In this document: positions 36,010 through 48,252 of the stretch, piece by piece
Numbering within the stretch: position 1 is the first letter of the stretch
Layout: every line of letters starts with the position of its first letter
Assembly (NCBI RefSeq): GCF_039654945.1
Contig: NW_027361827.1
Coordinates: forward strand, 22,630,001-22,694,000
Direction: 5' to 3'
Source of the DNA: Dendrobates tinctorius
Lineage: Eukaryota
DNA: 64,000 bases
The notes under the pieces: generated by a model
The model's database searches: none
What the model saw: the letters and a program-made list of their open reading frames with translations, nothing else
Told to the model about the DNA's origin: nothing
Position numbers and translations under genes: made by a program

Positions 36010-36349
36010 CCCCATTGAGTTGCATTACCAGCGGATCTTGACGGATGGCCATACGTTGGATCCGTTTTTTGCGGATCCGCCAAGTTTTTGCCGTCCGCTG
36101 AGATCATCGAACGGAGCCTGTAACGTTTTTTTGCCCTGCGGATCCGCATTTTCCCTTTTTAACCCTGAATCTTTTCTGGCTGCTGGAAGAAAATTCTCTC
36201 TCTCCTTTAAATTTTTACCTTCGGCGGATCCGTACATCCGCCAATCCGCTCACCCACGTTTCTGTCAGTCCGCCTGCGGATCCGTTTTCTGCTATTTTGG
36301 CGCATTTTGACTGACAGAAAAAGTCAAAGTGTGAAGTGTGAAACAGGCC
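36010..36349. mobile_element. Harbinger-like MITE, right half
   Basis: cggatccg-rich interior; ends gtgtgaaacaggcc|taa. Confidence 0.65.
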
Positions 36350-36359
36350 TAAGTCACAG

Positions 36360-38480
36360 CTATCAGAAATGGGGCGAATTCTGAATTTCGGAGAATTGAT
36401 AGAAAGGGGGAGTCTTTCCAGTCGTCTTGGGCCATGAGCTCCTTGAAGTCATCTCCCCAACCTGGTAGACCAGTGTCCATTGATACTGACTACCACCGAT
36501 CAGCAAAAGGAAAGTCATGTGAGGGAAGGGGAAACCAGCTCTTCCCGGTCAGGAGATGCTTTGTCCAAGGGAGGAGAACAAAAGTTTGGTCAAGACGAAC
36601 CGTCTCGTCCATTGCAAAGGGAGGATAGAGTGGCTTCCAGCGTCTCCACAAATGTTCCCAACACGCTTGTGAATAGACTAAATTTCAAGATTAAGGGCCA
36701 AGACCTGTTGCCATGGGAGGAAAAACCTTGATGGCAACAGATAAAAAAAAAAAATAGGAGGAATAGGTATTAGAACACCTGCAAGGGATCAGTAAAGGCC
36801 GCCCTCTGAAGGGAAGACTCTGATGAGAATATCCTTGCCTGTCTCTGGAAATGGAAAACAACCAGGGCTATGGAGTCTGAGTCATGGAAATTGAGGCATT
36901 GGAGGTTTGGCTGACAAACTCCAGCCCTGAAAACAACTGACTTGTTGTGTGGTAAGCAGGATAAAGTCGGCTTTATTCTTGGCGAATGGAATAGAAATGG
37001 CATGAAAGACAACCTTGATGAGGTCATTGACTGGTTCAACCTTTGGAATCAGGTTATCAGATCTTGAGGCGTCTGAAGACCTTAAGTCTGCTCGGTCCCA
37101 GATCGGCAACTGTCTTGAAAGTAAAAAAGGTGAATACTGTGCATCTAGAGCCTCCTTGAAACAGAATATTCTGCTGTTTGTGGGGAACTGCCGACAACTG
37201 TAAGAGAGAAAACCAGGTTATAACTCGTGTAGGTACATCGCTCAGCTGGCTCCAAAAACTTAGTTGTAGAAGCCCTAGAGGGAAAACTTTAGCAGGAACA
37301 TGGGTAGACAGACAACCCAATAGCGGTAAGACCTAGTCCTGAGGGCTGATCCTGAGATCTGCGAGGGCAGAGATAGCCCCACTGTTCTAATACATATTGT
37401 GGACTGACCAGGTAAGGCCTGTTCCACACTTCAGTTTTTTTACATCAGTCAAATCAGTCAAAATCCGCCGTTTTTATAAAAACAACGGATCCGCCCCATA
37501 GACTTGCATTAGCGGCGGATTTTGACTGATGGTCGTCTGTTGCATCCGTTTTTAGATGGATCCATTAAAATTTTAGCGGCCGCTGGCTGGAGTGGACGGA
37601 CAATGTAACGTTTGTTTGTAGCGGCGGACCGCTATTTTTCCCTCTCTCCCCGGGTCGTGTTACTTTAAATTTCATGCACGTAGCAGCTAAAGCGGATCCG
37701 TTTGTGGAAAGACAGAAACGGATCCGGTTTTTTCACACTCTGGCGGATTTTGACTGACATCAAATAACTGAAGTTGAGCCTCAGGCCAATGGAGTGGAAC
37801 AACTACCATAAACAGACTAGGGCCTCTAAAGAAGGATAAAGGATCTGCAGTATGAATGGGATGGCTATCGGAGGCTTGTTCATGGACTCAAACCATGTCT
37901 GTGATACCACCTTGCCTGATAGCTTGTCGAAGACTCGAGGTGGTCTGTTTCTGCGGAGACAAAAAAAAAAAGGGAATGCTGGCAAAAAAAAACAGACACT
38001 GGATAGTGGGGTCGAGCACTACAATGACAGAATAGGCAACCACTTCAAAGCTGAGGACACACAGGTTAGTAGGCCTGACACACCATTGATGAGTGCACGT
38101 AGAGCCAGGCGGTAGTCAGCATAGATAACCTCTCCAAAGCTGTCAATGTGGAGCACCAGGTGGTTGCCTTAGGAAAAGACCACTCTCTAGCTGTGGTCAT
38201 GGAGGTTGATGGGTCTGACGCACTGCAGAGACCAGACTGTTGATGCATGGGTAACCACTCCGTAGTTGTGGTCAGAGAAGCAGGTGGATCTGACTCACTA
38301 AGAAGTTGGACAGAGTAAGAAGTGGTTGTCAGCATTTGTAATATTTAATTACTGTGATAGGGGTCTAGTGACACATTGCTTCTGACATACTAATGGCAAG
38401 AGGAGCGCTGTCTAAATGACACGGGTGGAGGTAATAGATAATCGGGTTAAGGCACAACCCTAGTGAAACTGGACTGGTCT
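36360..38480 (+). mobile_element. Possible highly decayed L1/Tx1 ORF2 3' region
   Basis: Weak resemblance only (FVQGRRTKVWSRRTVSSIAKGG to the L1 FIW..K.P....GG motif). Confidence 0.3.
37416..37787. mobile_element. Harbinger-like MITE
   Basis: taa|ggcctgttccacacttcag ... ctgaagttgagcctcaggcc; same family as 36010-36349. Confidence 0.65.
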
Positions 38481-38512
38481 TATAGGGACAGGGTGTGCGG
38501 TTTCTGTATAAT

Positions 38513-38761
38513 CAGTTGAAGCTAGAAGTTTACATACACTATGTAAAAAGACACACATGCATGTTTTTTCAATATCTGACATGAAATCAGAATAAACCTT
38601 TCTTGTTTTAGGTCAATTAGGATTACCATAATTATTTGCCAAACGTCAAAATCATGGGAGAGTAATAAGTAACGGATCCGCCAAGCAAAATGGCGGATCC
38701 GTTTTTTTTGCAAAACGGCGGATTTTGACTGATGGTGACAAACAGAAGTGTGAAACAGGCC
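38513..38761. mobile_element. Tc1 TIR fragment fused to a Harbinger-like MITE right end
   Basis: Direct copy of the 33204 TIR, followed by ...gtgtgaaacaggcc|tta. Confidence 0.7.
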
Positions 38762-38769
38762 TTAGTCTC

Positions 38770-39926
38770 CACAGCAGAACTCTAAATAGGGCAGTCTTGT
38801 GTTTTGAGCCGAGCTCAATGTTCAGCTTCTTTCCAAAGCTTCACTACTAGGGTCGATCTTATGGACTGGCCAAGGAGATCCTGTAATCTTCCCATGTCCA
38901 GACCTGCCTTCACAGGGTCCCTTCCTCCTCCAGAAATCTCAGCTTCTTAGTTTGCATCATGGATGCAGAAATTGTCTCCGACCAGGTTTCTTCATAACTA
39001 CCCATTGCCTTTTTCTCTTCCCCCTTTCCTGGCTTTTGTACAGTCTGAGCTAGACTCTGGTCTGTCTGCCTACTCTTTAAAGGGTTAGGAACCCCTTTTC
39101 CATCCCCCTCCAGAAGAACTTGTCCCTTATCGAGACTTTCCTCCTTTTTAAGGTTGTTACATTTACTCTTCCAGAAGAACTTGACTTCATCCCATGACGA
39201 TAAAAGGGTCCTTGGCCCAGGTTCCATCCCTAACTTCTAAAAGGCATTTTGTACTTCCTTCTTCCCATTCTCTAGAATGGCCTCTTCTCAACCAAGATCT
39301 TAGAGCTGAGTCTTCCAGGACAGGATTCCTCAGACCTTCAAATTCACTTTTTCTGGTGTTTTCTGATGGTAGTCTGCCCACTTCATGCACCTCCATTGCC
39401 TGGTGCACTTATCTTTTTCTTATCTTAGGAGACTACCAAGTGAAACAAAGAAAGATCACGCCTAAGATAATTGCTTGCCCCACATGACAGTGGGGCAACA
39501 TGGGCTCTTTGACCTGCTAAACGACTTCCTGGTCTTGGTGCACACCTTCTTCTAGTCATACACGAATCTCTTCTATGCTCGGTGAACGTCAGCTTGGACA
39601 GGAAGGTCCTGTGCACAGCAGTTGACATGCATTACATTTTGGCGTATATTTTTTCCCCACACTTAGGACTGCTTTAGGAAATCCCATAGTTTCCTGTGCC
39701 CCAATTGTTGGGGTCATTTTTGGTTATATTTAGGGTTATCTCCTTTTATCACCTTTCCTACTGATTCCTCACAAACTGGTTAGCTCCCAGGCTGTCAGTG
39801 GGTGTAGCCTACTGGGGAGGAGTTAGCCTTTTTTTCTGCCTAGCGTCAGCAGCATACACCCATGGTTTCCTGTGTTCCCCAATGAAAACTGAGAAAAAAT
39901 TTTTACAAGTACCCAAAATCTCCTTT
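38770..39926 (+). mobile_element. Decayed DIRS YR region, ICR remnant and 3' ITR, antisense to SMC2
   Basis: FVLPSSHSLEWPL..DL..RT...SNSLFLV..TSIAW; SVNVSLDRKVLCTAV matches the YR C-terminus ADASLGRRILQAAV; ITR motif gcagcatacacccatgg. Confidence 0.75.
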
Positions 39927-39928
39927 TA

Positions 39929-42552
39929 GTCTGTGCGCGCAAGGTGAGTATTTGCTTACAGAAATTTCTGCAAGGTTTCAGCATCTCTTGGCAGGAAAAA
40001 CACTGCAGCAAAAGCGCACATTTTTCCACAATTTGGTGCGTTTTTACATGCGTTTTTGTACAGCAATGAAGGCTTTTTGAGCTTAAGTTTTGTGATGTAA
40101 TTTCTTGGTTCAACACCACCTTTTTCATGCTGATGCAGTGGCATCAGGGGAATGGGATTAGGGCAACAGGTGTCATTGCTGTCATTGACATGTAGCTCTA
40201 AGATTAGTAATGAAAATGTTTCAGCCCGACACCCTCATTACCAAGCCAATAAGTAAACACACACAAAACATTGTCAACAGCCTATGGAGTGTAAACAGAA
40301 CGAACATTAAGGCTATGTGCCCACGTTAGCGTTTTTAAACGCTCAGGAAAAGGATCCCCTTCCCACAAAACGCGCGTCTTTTTTCAGCGCGATTATTGCG
40401 TGTTTTTGGCAAAAAAGCCGCGTGTTTTTGACGCGTGTTTTCTGGGAACATTGGGGGAAGGCAAAAACGCTCAGCTATGTGGAAATTAATGAGCATGCTG
40501 CGTTTTTAGCCGCTAAGCGATTCCTGAGCGGTTAAAAATGCATGCTTTGGCACAAAAAGCCAAAAATGCATGCAAATTAATTAGAGGCATCTTGTAAGCG
40601 TTTCTGCAGCGTCTGAGCCGGCACAAACACTGCGGAAACGCTTACAAAAACGCAACGTGGGCACACAGCCTTACAGCAACTGTTAAATTAAAAAAATTAA
40701 TAAATGGTGTGGGCTCCCGCGTAATTTTAACAACTAACAGAGGGAAAGCTGATGGTTGGGTACAGATGTTTATAGCCTTGGAAGGGGGTAATACCCATGG
40801 AGCTTCCCAGGCTATTAATATCAGCTCACAGCTGTATACTTAGCCTTCACTGGCTATTAAAATGGGGGACCCCCCCAAAAATGACGTGGGGTACCCCTAT
40901 AATTAATAACCAGCAAAGGCTATGCAGACAGCTGCTGGCTGATATTAATAGCCTAGGAAAAGGCCATGGATACTGCCCCCCTCACCCCCAGGCTAAAAAC
41001 ATCAGCTCTCAGCGGCCCCAGAAAAGGCGCATCTATAAGATATGCAAATTTTGGCACATAGCCTCGCTCTTCCCACTTTCCCTGTAGCGGTAGCAAGTGG
41101 GGTTCATATTTTTGGGGTTGATGTCATCTTTGTATTGTCAGGTGACATCAAGCCGACAGATTAATAATGGAAAGGCATCTATAAGACACCTATCCATTAG
41201 TAACTCTATAGTGATATTGTATAAAAATACAGACACCCAGAATAAAGTCATTTATTTGAAATAATGACACACTCATTTATTGAATCTTAATTAAACCATA
41301 CTTACCGAACACCTAATCCACCAACGCCAAAGTCTCCTGCAACAAAAATAAAATAAACCACAAAATTCCTCACCTGTCTGCCAAGAAGATAATCTACAAT
41401 GTCCCACCACGATCCTGATTACTTTGAGAACAGTCACATCAGTGATGTGACCGATCTCATAGACAGGCGGTGATACACGTCGGGAGCGATTACCTCCTGT
41501 CAGTGTATAAATGAGCTGCCATGAGAGAGTTCACCGGAGTTCATCAGCTGATAATCTCCAGTGATCTCTCTTATGGCACCACTGTTGCGTGGGAAAGTTC
41601 TCACGCAGCGGTGCCATAAGTGAGAGTACAGGAGCTGATGAACTCCGGTGAACTTTCTCACGACAGCTCTGTGATACACTGTGGGGGCGATTACTTCTTG
41701 TCAGTGTATCGCCGGCGGCCAGGTAGAGCGTTCACATCTGCCAATGTGACTGTTCTACACGTGAGATCGCTGTGGGACACTCTGGATTACGTGGACTACA
41801 GCGGATAGGCGAGTATATGTTGGTTTATTTTACATTATTTCTAGGAGTCGAGGGCGTCGGGGATTTGGTGTTAGGTGAGTATAATGGGTTTTTATTTCTA
41901 TGTGAATATGTATGTCATTTTACTTTTTTTTTTTTTTTTAAAATGGTGAGCACAGGCGCCGGCAGATGATACTACACCTCCCCGTCAGCGGCACCTACTG
42001 TCACTGTTATCAGTAACAGCAGACATGGCCTGATGGGAGCAGTGGTCTGATCAGACAATGCCTGCGGGTCACAGTCACAGCTGCGAGGTCACGCTGACAT
42101 CTGCCACCATGATCCCGCAGTGCTCTGACTGACAGTTTGCGGTAACTTTACAGGATCACACAGACATCTTCCAACTTGACCCCGCAGCGCTCTGACCAGC
42201 GGTAACATTACCGCCGATAAGAACCACTGTGCCGGTGTTCCCCTTGCTGTCACACAGATTACAGCGTCGGAAACACAGTAGGAAGCCGATAAACATTTTT
42301 ATACCTGCATTTTTGCTGCGGATTTGACTGACTCAATTGAAGTCAATGGGTGCAGAACGCAAAAATAATTGACATGGTGCAGAAAAAAAACGCACTGCAA
42401 ATATGCATGGAAATTTACTGATCGTGTGCGCAACACTTCAGGTTTGTCAACGAATTCCCTTGCATAAGGATTTCACTGCATTTTAATGAACCATTTTCGC
42501 GTTGGAAAAATCGCTGCGAAAACGCATCAAAACGCATTGTATGTACATTGCC
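39929..42552. mobile_element. Large composite non-autonomous DNA transposon (Harbinger-like ends, internal inverted repeats)
   Basis: tta flanks; subterminal aaaacgca repeats; internal inverted block at about 41420-41760. Confidence 0.6.
40311..40670. mobile_element. Nested Harbinger-like MITE
   Basis: taa|ggctatgtgcccacgtt ... aacgtgggcacacagcc|tta. Confidence 0.85.
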
Positions 42553-42774
42553 TTATAATATATATTTTATGACAGAAGCATGGCTGTAAACAGTGATTTG
42601 GAATTGTTGAGTTTTCCTTTTTTTTATGACATTTTGAACAATTTTTTTTTATCCCTGAAATTCAGTTACATGACTGTATAGCAGAGCTGACTGAGTGCCT
42701 TAGGACCTTGAAGATCTTGTTCCCTCGACACACTCAGCAGTTGCTTGATAGCTGGGTCCCAGGAAGAAAACAAA

Positions 42775-43190
42775 GGCTAGTTTCACACTAGCGTTTGGCA
42801 GAGCTGCGGAGGGCTGCGTAGTTCCTCCGTTAAGCCCCACCCACTGCCGCACCTTTTCCTTCAACTCCACCTACATCTGCATGCGCCCTGAGTACCCTAT
42901 CTTTAACATTGGGTACACAGGCCATGCGGATGCCTCCGCATGCGTCGTTTTGATGCTGCGCCGAGCTGAGTCGTACGCAACATGTTGCATTTTGCTGCGG
43001 TCGGTGCAGCGTCAAAACGACGCATGCGGAGGCATCTGCATGGCCTGCGTACCCAATGTTAAAGATAGGGTACGCCGGGCGCATGCAGACGTAGGCGGAG
43101 CTGAAGGAAGAGGTGCGGCAGTGGGCGGGGCTTAACGGAGGAACTACGCAGCCCTCCGCAGCTCTGCCAAACTCAAGTGTGAAACTAGCC
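42775..43190. mobile_element. Near-perfect palindromic Harbinger-like MITE (arms about 200 bp)
   Basis: ggctagtttcacac ... gtgtgaaactagcc; the two halves are reverse complements. Confidence 0.92.
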
Positions 43191-44130
43191 AAAGACAGTG
43201 CTTACTAATCTGTATATACAAGCGCTGGATCAGCACTTTGTATACAGTGATCAGGAAAGCAGAGATGCTAATAAACTCTGCCTTTTCTGTGTGTAGTTTT
43301 GGCTGAGAGCCAGCTATCTACTACAGCACAAACTCCTGCAAGCTGCAAGAAATATATATTTTTAAAAAATATAGTATAAAATAAAAATTGTAGTAAAATT
43401 CAACTTGTAATTTACTTGGGGCTGGCATTTTTATTTGCTGGTTTGTTTCAGAGCACGACACTAAGAGTTTTCTCAAATTAGCTACAAATGGGACGAGTAA
43501 TGTGAAAAAAATAAATAAAAATTGCAGCAAGCTGTATATGTGTCACAAGGAGGTTTTCTCCATCATCTCCAACTGTCAATGCGGCATCAGGATCTGTGAA
43601 TTCCACAGATTCAGACAATCCTCCTTGCGACTCCATAGATGATGGCTATGGTCAGCACAGAGTGACTCGGGCATGGACTTCTAGAGCTGCAGCTCCTAGG
43701 CAGGTTAGAAGGAGTTAAATCTTTGCTGAACTTGGCTTGTTGATTGTCTGTGCTCACATGCTGCAGGAGAACCAGTTGTGTCTGCTCTTTCCATATTTCA
43801 GCTGGTTCCACGTATCAGGGGATGCCAGCAATAGTTTTCCCTATACTGGTCTAGGAGAGGTGAACACGTTCTGGTGTACTGGTTATTACCAAAGTAGTTG
43901 CGAGCGGTATTTGGTTAACCCTTTCCTTTTTCCCTAGTTATCTTTACATTACTTTGTTGCCTATCAGGCACTTGCTACGTAAGTGCAATGTCACCTAACC
44001 ATGTTTTTCTGAATGTTGGGAGTTTCATTTCAAGTTATATATTGTATAAAAGAATAAAAAGCTCCGACACCTCTTCTACACTAGTGCATTAGCTATAATC
44101 TGTTAACAGGGCAGTAATCACTACAATTAC

Positions 44131-44175
44131 CTCCTTAAGTTTATGGAGAGTTGGGGCGATTTCTTCATCCAGAAT
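44131..44175 (-). CDS. SMC2: SMC2 exon (ILDEEIAPTLHKLKE), 45 nt
   Basis: Similar to vertebrate ILEEEITPTIQKLKE; poly-T tract with tag|, donor |gtaatt. Confidence 0.95.
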
Positions 44176-44305
44176 CTAAAAAAAAAAAAACACAAAAAAA
44201 AAACATTTTCATGTGTGCTGCAAAATGTTATAATTATCTGGAATAACTTTTTTCAAATCCCTTGTTAAAAATCCGCTCAGACTTAGCAAGAAAACCATTA
44301 TTTAC

Positions 44306-44416
44306 CGTCTGGATTTCCTTCAGCTTGACTTCCTTTTTCTCAATAGTTTTTTGGGCAGCCAGTTTTTTGCATTCATACATTCGGGTGCCTGCAGCTTCTT
44401 CAATCATAGCTACAAT
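44306..44416 (-). CDS. SMC2: SMC2 exon ([37 protein letters not shown]), 111 nt
   Basis: Conserved [12 protein letters not shown] motif; tag| and |gtaaat; phase 0/0. Confidence 0.97.
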
Positions 44417-45140
44417 CTATACAAAATAAACTTGTCATGAATTTTTTTGTAAATCATATGAAAATAAGCAAAACAATTTTTTTTTATAGTCTCATCACCA
44501 GTGTGAAAACAAAATTTTAAGGCCATGGTGAAGTTTTGAGGAGGTAAAAATAAAACTTGGCACTCAACGGAGTGCCAAGTTTTATTTTTGCTATATACTG
44601 GCCTGGAAACCTACTTGAGCACCACTGCATGGTTGTGCTACGCTCTCTGTAGTATGAAGTTTTGAGAAGGGTCTGTCGGCACAGAATGACTGTTGAAACC
44701 AAGCATAGTCATTCGGCGCTTCATGGAAGGTCAAACATTTAAATGCACCTTCCCATCTACAAGTTTTCCCTCTAGCTTCCGCCTTCCTCGATTGACAGCT
44801 CTGGCAAGAGAAGCATGGAGATAAATGGAAAACATGCAGGTGGAAAGAAGGTTCACCAAAATGTTTGGCCACACCAAGGGTGCACCAAGCGCCTGTGCTT
44901 TATTTGAACAGTTATTCTGCACTGACAGAGTTCCTTTACGTTTTCCCCACTGAAATTAACAAGGAAAAATGTTATCACTAGAAACTAATGAAGGGAGGAA
45001 AGAAAAACAAGACAAAATTGAATTTTCAATCAGTCCTATGAGCATTGCTTAGATCGTTTTTGTTATGGTTGTGCTATGACCATGAGTCACACCAATAGTT
45101 GCAAACCTGGTCTAAAATTACCATAGAGAACCATAGTTAC

Positions 45141-45179
45141 CTCTGGAGGCTTCATATTCAAAACCTTTGTTATCCTGCC
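45141..45179 (-). CDS. SMC2: SMC2 internal exon (GRITKVLNMKPPE), 39 nt; most 5' exon in the window
   Basis: Translation matches the SMC2 head-domain motif GRITKVLNMKPPE; tag| acceptor, |gtaact donor; phase 0/0. Confidence 0.96.
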
Positions 45180-45478
45180 CTACAAGTGAATAGAAAAAAA
45201 AATGAGGTGGATGTGATATTGACTTAGGAAAGCAATATGAAATATACTTTACAGCGTTTGCTTCATATCCTATACTTGTAAATAGAGACCTGAATACAAA
45301 CCAGGGCTGTGGAGTCGGAGCTCATTTTGGTGGAGTTGGAGTCGGTATAAAATGGACCGACTCCTAAAATATATAATAAATTGGGTACAGTAGTTCAATG
45401 CAGAATGTGCTTAATATTTTTTCATAGGAATTTGGGAAAGTTATGAAATGTCCTATGACTGTTCTATTCCTGATCTAA

Positions 45479-46378
45479 GGCTACATTCACACAGCGTTTT
45501 TCCTGCGTTTTTTGAGGATACGTTTTTCAGTTGCAAAAACAGATCAGCTTTTGAAAAAACCGCTTCACCTGAAAGGTTTTTGAGCTCATAGATAATGTTT
45601 TCAATAGCAAAAGCAGATTAGAAATCTGCTCTATCCATTTATCCATATCTGTCTATCCATATCGTATCTGTACCAAAAAGAATGAAAGCCGGGTAGCACA
45701 CAGACTAACACTCCTTTTTTTTAGCACCAGTCAGGGTCACCTCATAGCTGCCCAAAAGGACGCCCAGGACAGGCATTGCTCGTCTTCAGTAACATCAACA
45801 TCAACTGATAGCTGGAATAAATAGACTGCATTCATCACCACATCTTCTTAAGGTGCAGGCTTGAGGCTGTGTGCACACGATGCAGAGTTTCCGCAGCGGA
45901 TTTTACCGCGCAGAAACGTTGCATATCCGCATTGTGATGTACAGTACCTTTAAAATGAATGGAAAAAAAAAAACGCTGTGCAGACGCTGCGGATTTTTCC
46001 GCGCGGTTTTCCTGCGGTACAAAATCCGCAGCATGTTACTTCTTTTGTGCGGTTTTCTATCTCCCCTGTCTCCAAATCCGCAGGGGGAAAACCGCAATGG
46101 AAAACCGCACAAAAACCGCAGGAAAACCGCGTGAAAAATGGAAGAAATCCGCAGGAAAAATGCAGGTCATTTGACCTGCGGTTTTCTTCCATTCTGCACG
46201 GAAAAATCCGCAGGGCTCAAAACTCCGTCTGCACTCAGCCTTATTTTCAAGTGTAGGGGTGTGCAGTATGAGGTTCTGCAGCAGCTGAGGTGTGCAGTAT
46301 GAAATTCTGCGGAACAGCATGAGGTTCTGCCACCCCCCGAGGTTTGATCCTGGCTACGCCCATAGTGTGAATGTAGCC
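45479..46378. mobile_element. Harbinger-like MITE containing another MITE at 45865-46240
   Basis: taa|ggctacattcacac ... gtgtgaatgtagcc|tga; inner element ggctgtgtgcacacg ... cgtctgcactcagcc|tta. Confidence 0.85.
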
Positions 46379-46422
46379 TGAGGATCTAGGCTTTGTCTTA
46401 GCTGAGATAAGTCATAGTGTAG

Positions 46423-46449
<27 letters not shown>
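46423..46449. repeat. (TA)n microsatellite at the Tc1 insertion site
   Basis: Direct reading. Confidence 0.95.
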
Positions 46450-46451
<2 letters not shown>

Positions 46452-46454
<3 letters not shown>

Positions 46455-48041
46455 TGGGGAAAAAAAGTATTTAGTCAGTCAGCAATAGTGCAAGTTCCAC
46501 CACTTAAAAAGATGAGAGGCGTCTGTAATTTACATCATAGGTAGACCTCAACTATGGGAGACAAACTGAGAAAAAAAAAAATCCAGAAAATCACATTGTC
46601 TGTTTTTTTTTCATTTTATTTGCATATTATGGTGGAAAATAAGTATTTGGTCAGAAACAAGCAATCAAGATTTCTGGCTCTCACAGACCTGTAACTTCTT
46701 CTTTAAGAGTCTCCTCTTTCCTCCACTCATTACCTGTAGTAATGGCACCTGTTTAAACTTGTTATCAGTATAAAAAGACACCTGTGCACACCCTCAAACA
46801 GTCTGACTCCAAACTCCACTATGGTGAAGACCAAAGAGCTGTCAAAGGACACCAGAAACAAAATTGTAGCCCTGCACCAGGCTGGGAAGACTGAATCTGC
46901 AATAGCCAACCAGCTTGGAGTGAAGAAATCAACTGTGGGAGCAATAATTAGAAAATGGAAGACATACAAGACCACTGATAATCTCCCTCGATCTGGTGCT
47001 CCACGCAAAATCCCACCCCGTGGGGTCAGAATGATCACAAGAACGGTGAGCAAAAATCCCAGAACCACGCGGGGGACCTAGTGAATGAACTGCAGAGAGC
47101 TGGGACCAATGTAACAAGGCCTACCATAAGTAACACACTACGCCACCATGGACTCAGATCCTGCAGTGCCAGACGTGTCCCACTGCTTAAGCCTGTACAT
47201 GTCCGGGCCCGTCTGAAGTTTGCTAGAGAGCATTTGGATGATCCAGAGGAGTTTTGGGAGAATGTCCTATGGTCTGATGAAACCAAACTGGAACTGTTTG
47301 GTAGAAACACAACTTGTCGTGTTTGGAGGAAAAAGAATACCGAGTTGCATCCATCAAACACCATACCTACTGTAAAGCATGGTGGTGGAAACATCATGCT
47401 TTGGGGCTGTTTCTCTGCAAAGGGGCCAGGACGACTGATCCGGGTACATGAAAGAATGAATGGGGCCATGTATCGTGAGATTTTGAGTGCAAACCTCCTT
47501 CCATCAGCAAGGGCATTGAAGATGAAACGTGGCTGGGTCTTTCAACATGACAATGATCCAAAGCACACCGCCAGGGCAACGAAGGAGTGGCTTCGTAACA
47601 AGCATTTCAAGGTCCTGGAGTGGCCTAGCCAGTCTCCAGATCTCAACCCTATAGAAAACCTTTGGAGGGAGTTGAAAGTCCGTGTTGCCAAGCGAAAAGC
47701 CAAAAACATCACTGCTCTAGAGGAGATCTGCATGGAGGAATGGGCCAACATACCAACAACAGTGTGTGGCAACCTTGTGAAGACTTACAGAAAACATTTG
47801 ACCTCTGTCATTGCCAACAAAGGATATATCACAAAGTATTGAGATGAAATTTTGTTTCTGACCAAATACTTATTTTCCACCATAATATGCAAATAAAATG
47901 AAAAAAAAACAGACAATGTGATTTTCTGGATTTTTTTTCTCAGTTTGTCTCCCATAGTTGAGGTCTACCTATGATGTAAATTACAGACGCCTCTCATCTT
48001 TTTAAGTGGTGGAACTTGCACTATTGCTGACTGACTAAATA
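46452..48041 (+). mobile_element. Young Tc1 transposon with near-identical TIRs of about 200 bp; right tip lies in a gap
   Basis: TIRs 46452-46660 and 47850-48041 flank the transposase. Confidence 0.97.
46821..47842 (+). pseudogene. Tc1 DD34E transposase with a single 1-bp frameshift in a G run (47071-47075)
   Basis: MVKTKELS..., WSDETK, QHDND, 34 residues to PIENLW; adding 1 nt gives 340 aa. Confidence 0.93.
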
Positions 48042-48252
48042 NNNNNNNNNNNNNNNNNNNNNNNNNNNNNNNNNNNNNNNNNNNNNNNNNNNNNNNNNNN
48101 NNNNNNNNNNNNNNNNNNNNNNNNNNNNNNNNNNNNNNNNNNNNNNNNNNNNNNNNNNNNNNNNNNNNNNNNNNNNNNNNNNNNNNNNNNNNNNNNNNNN
48201 NNNNNNNNNNNNNNNNNNNNNNNNNNNNNNNNNNNNNNNNNNNNNNNNNNNN

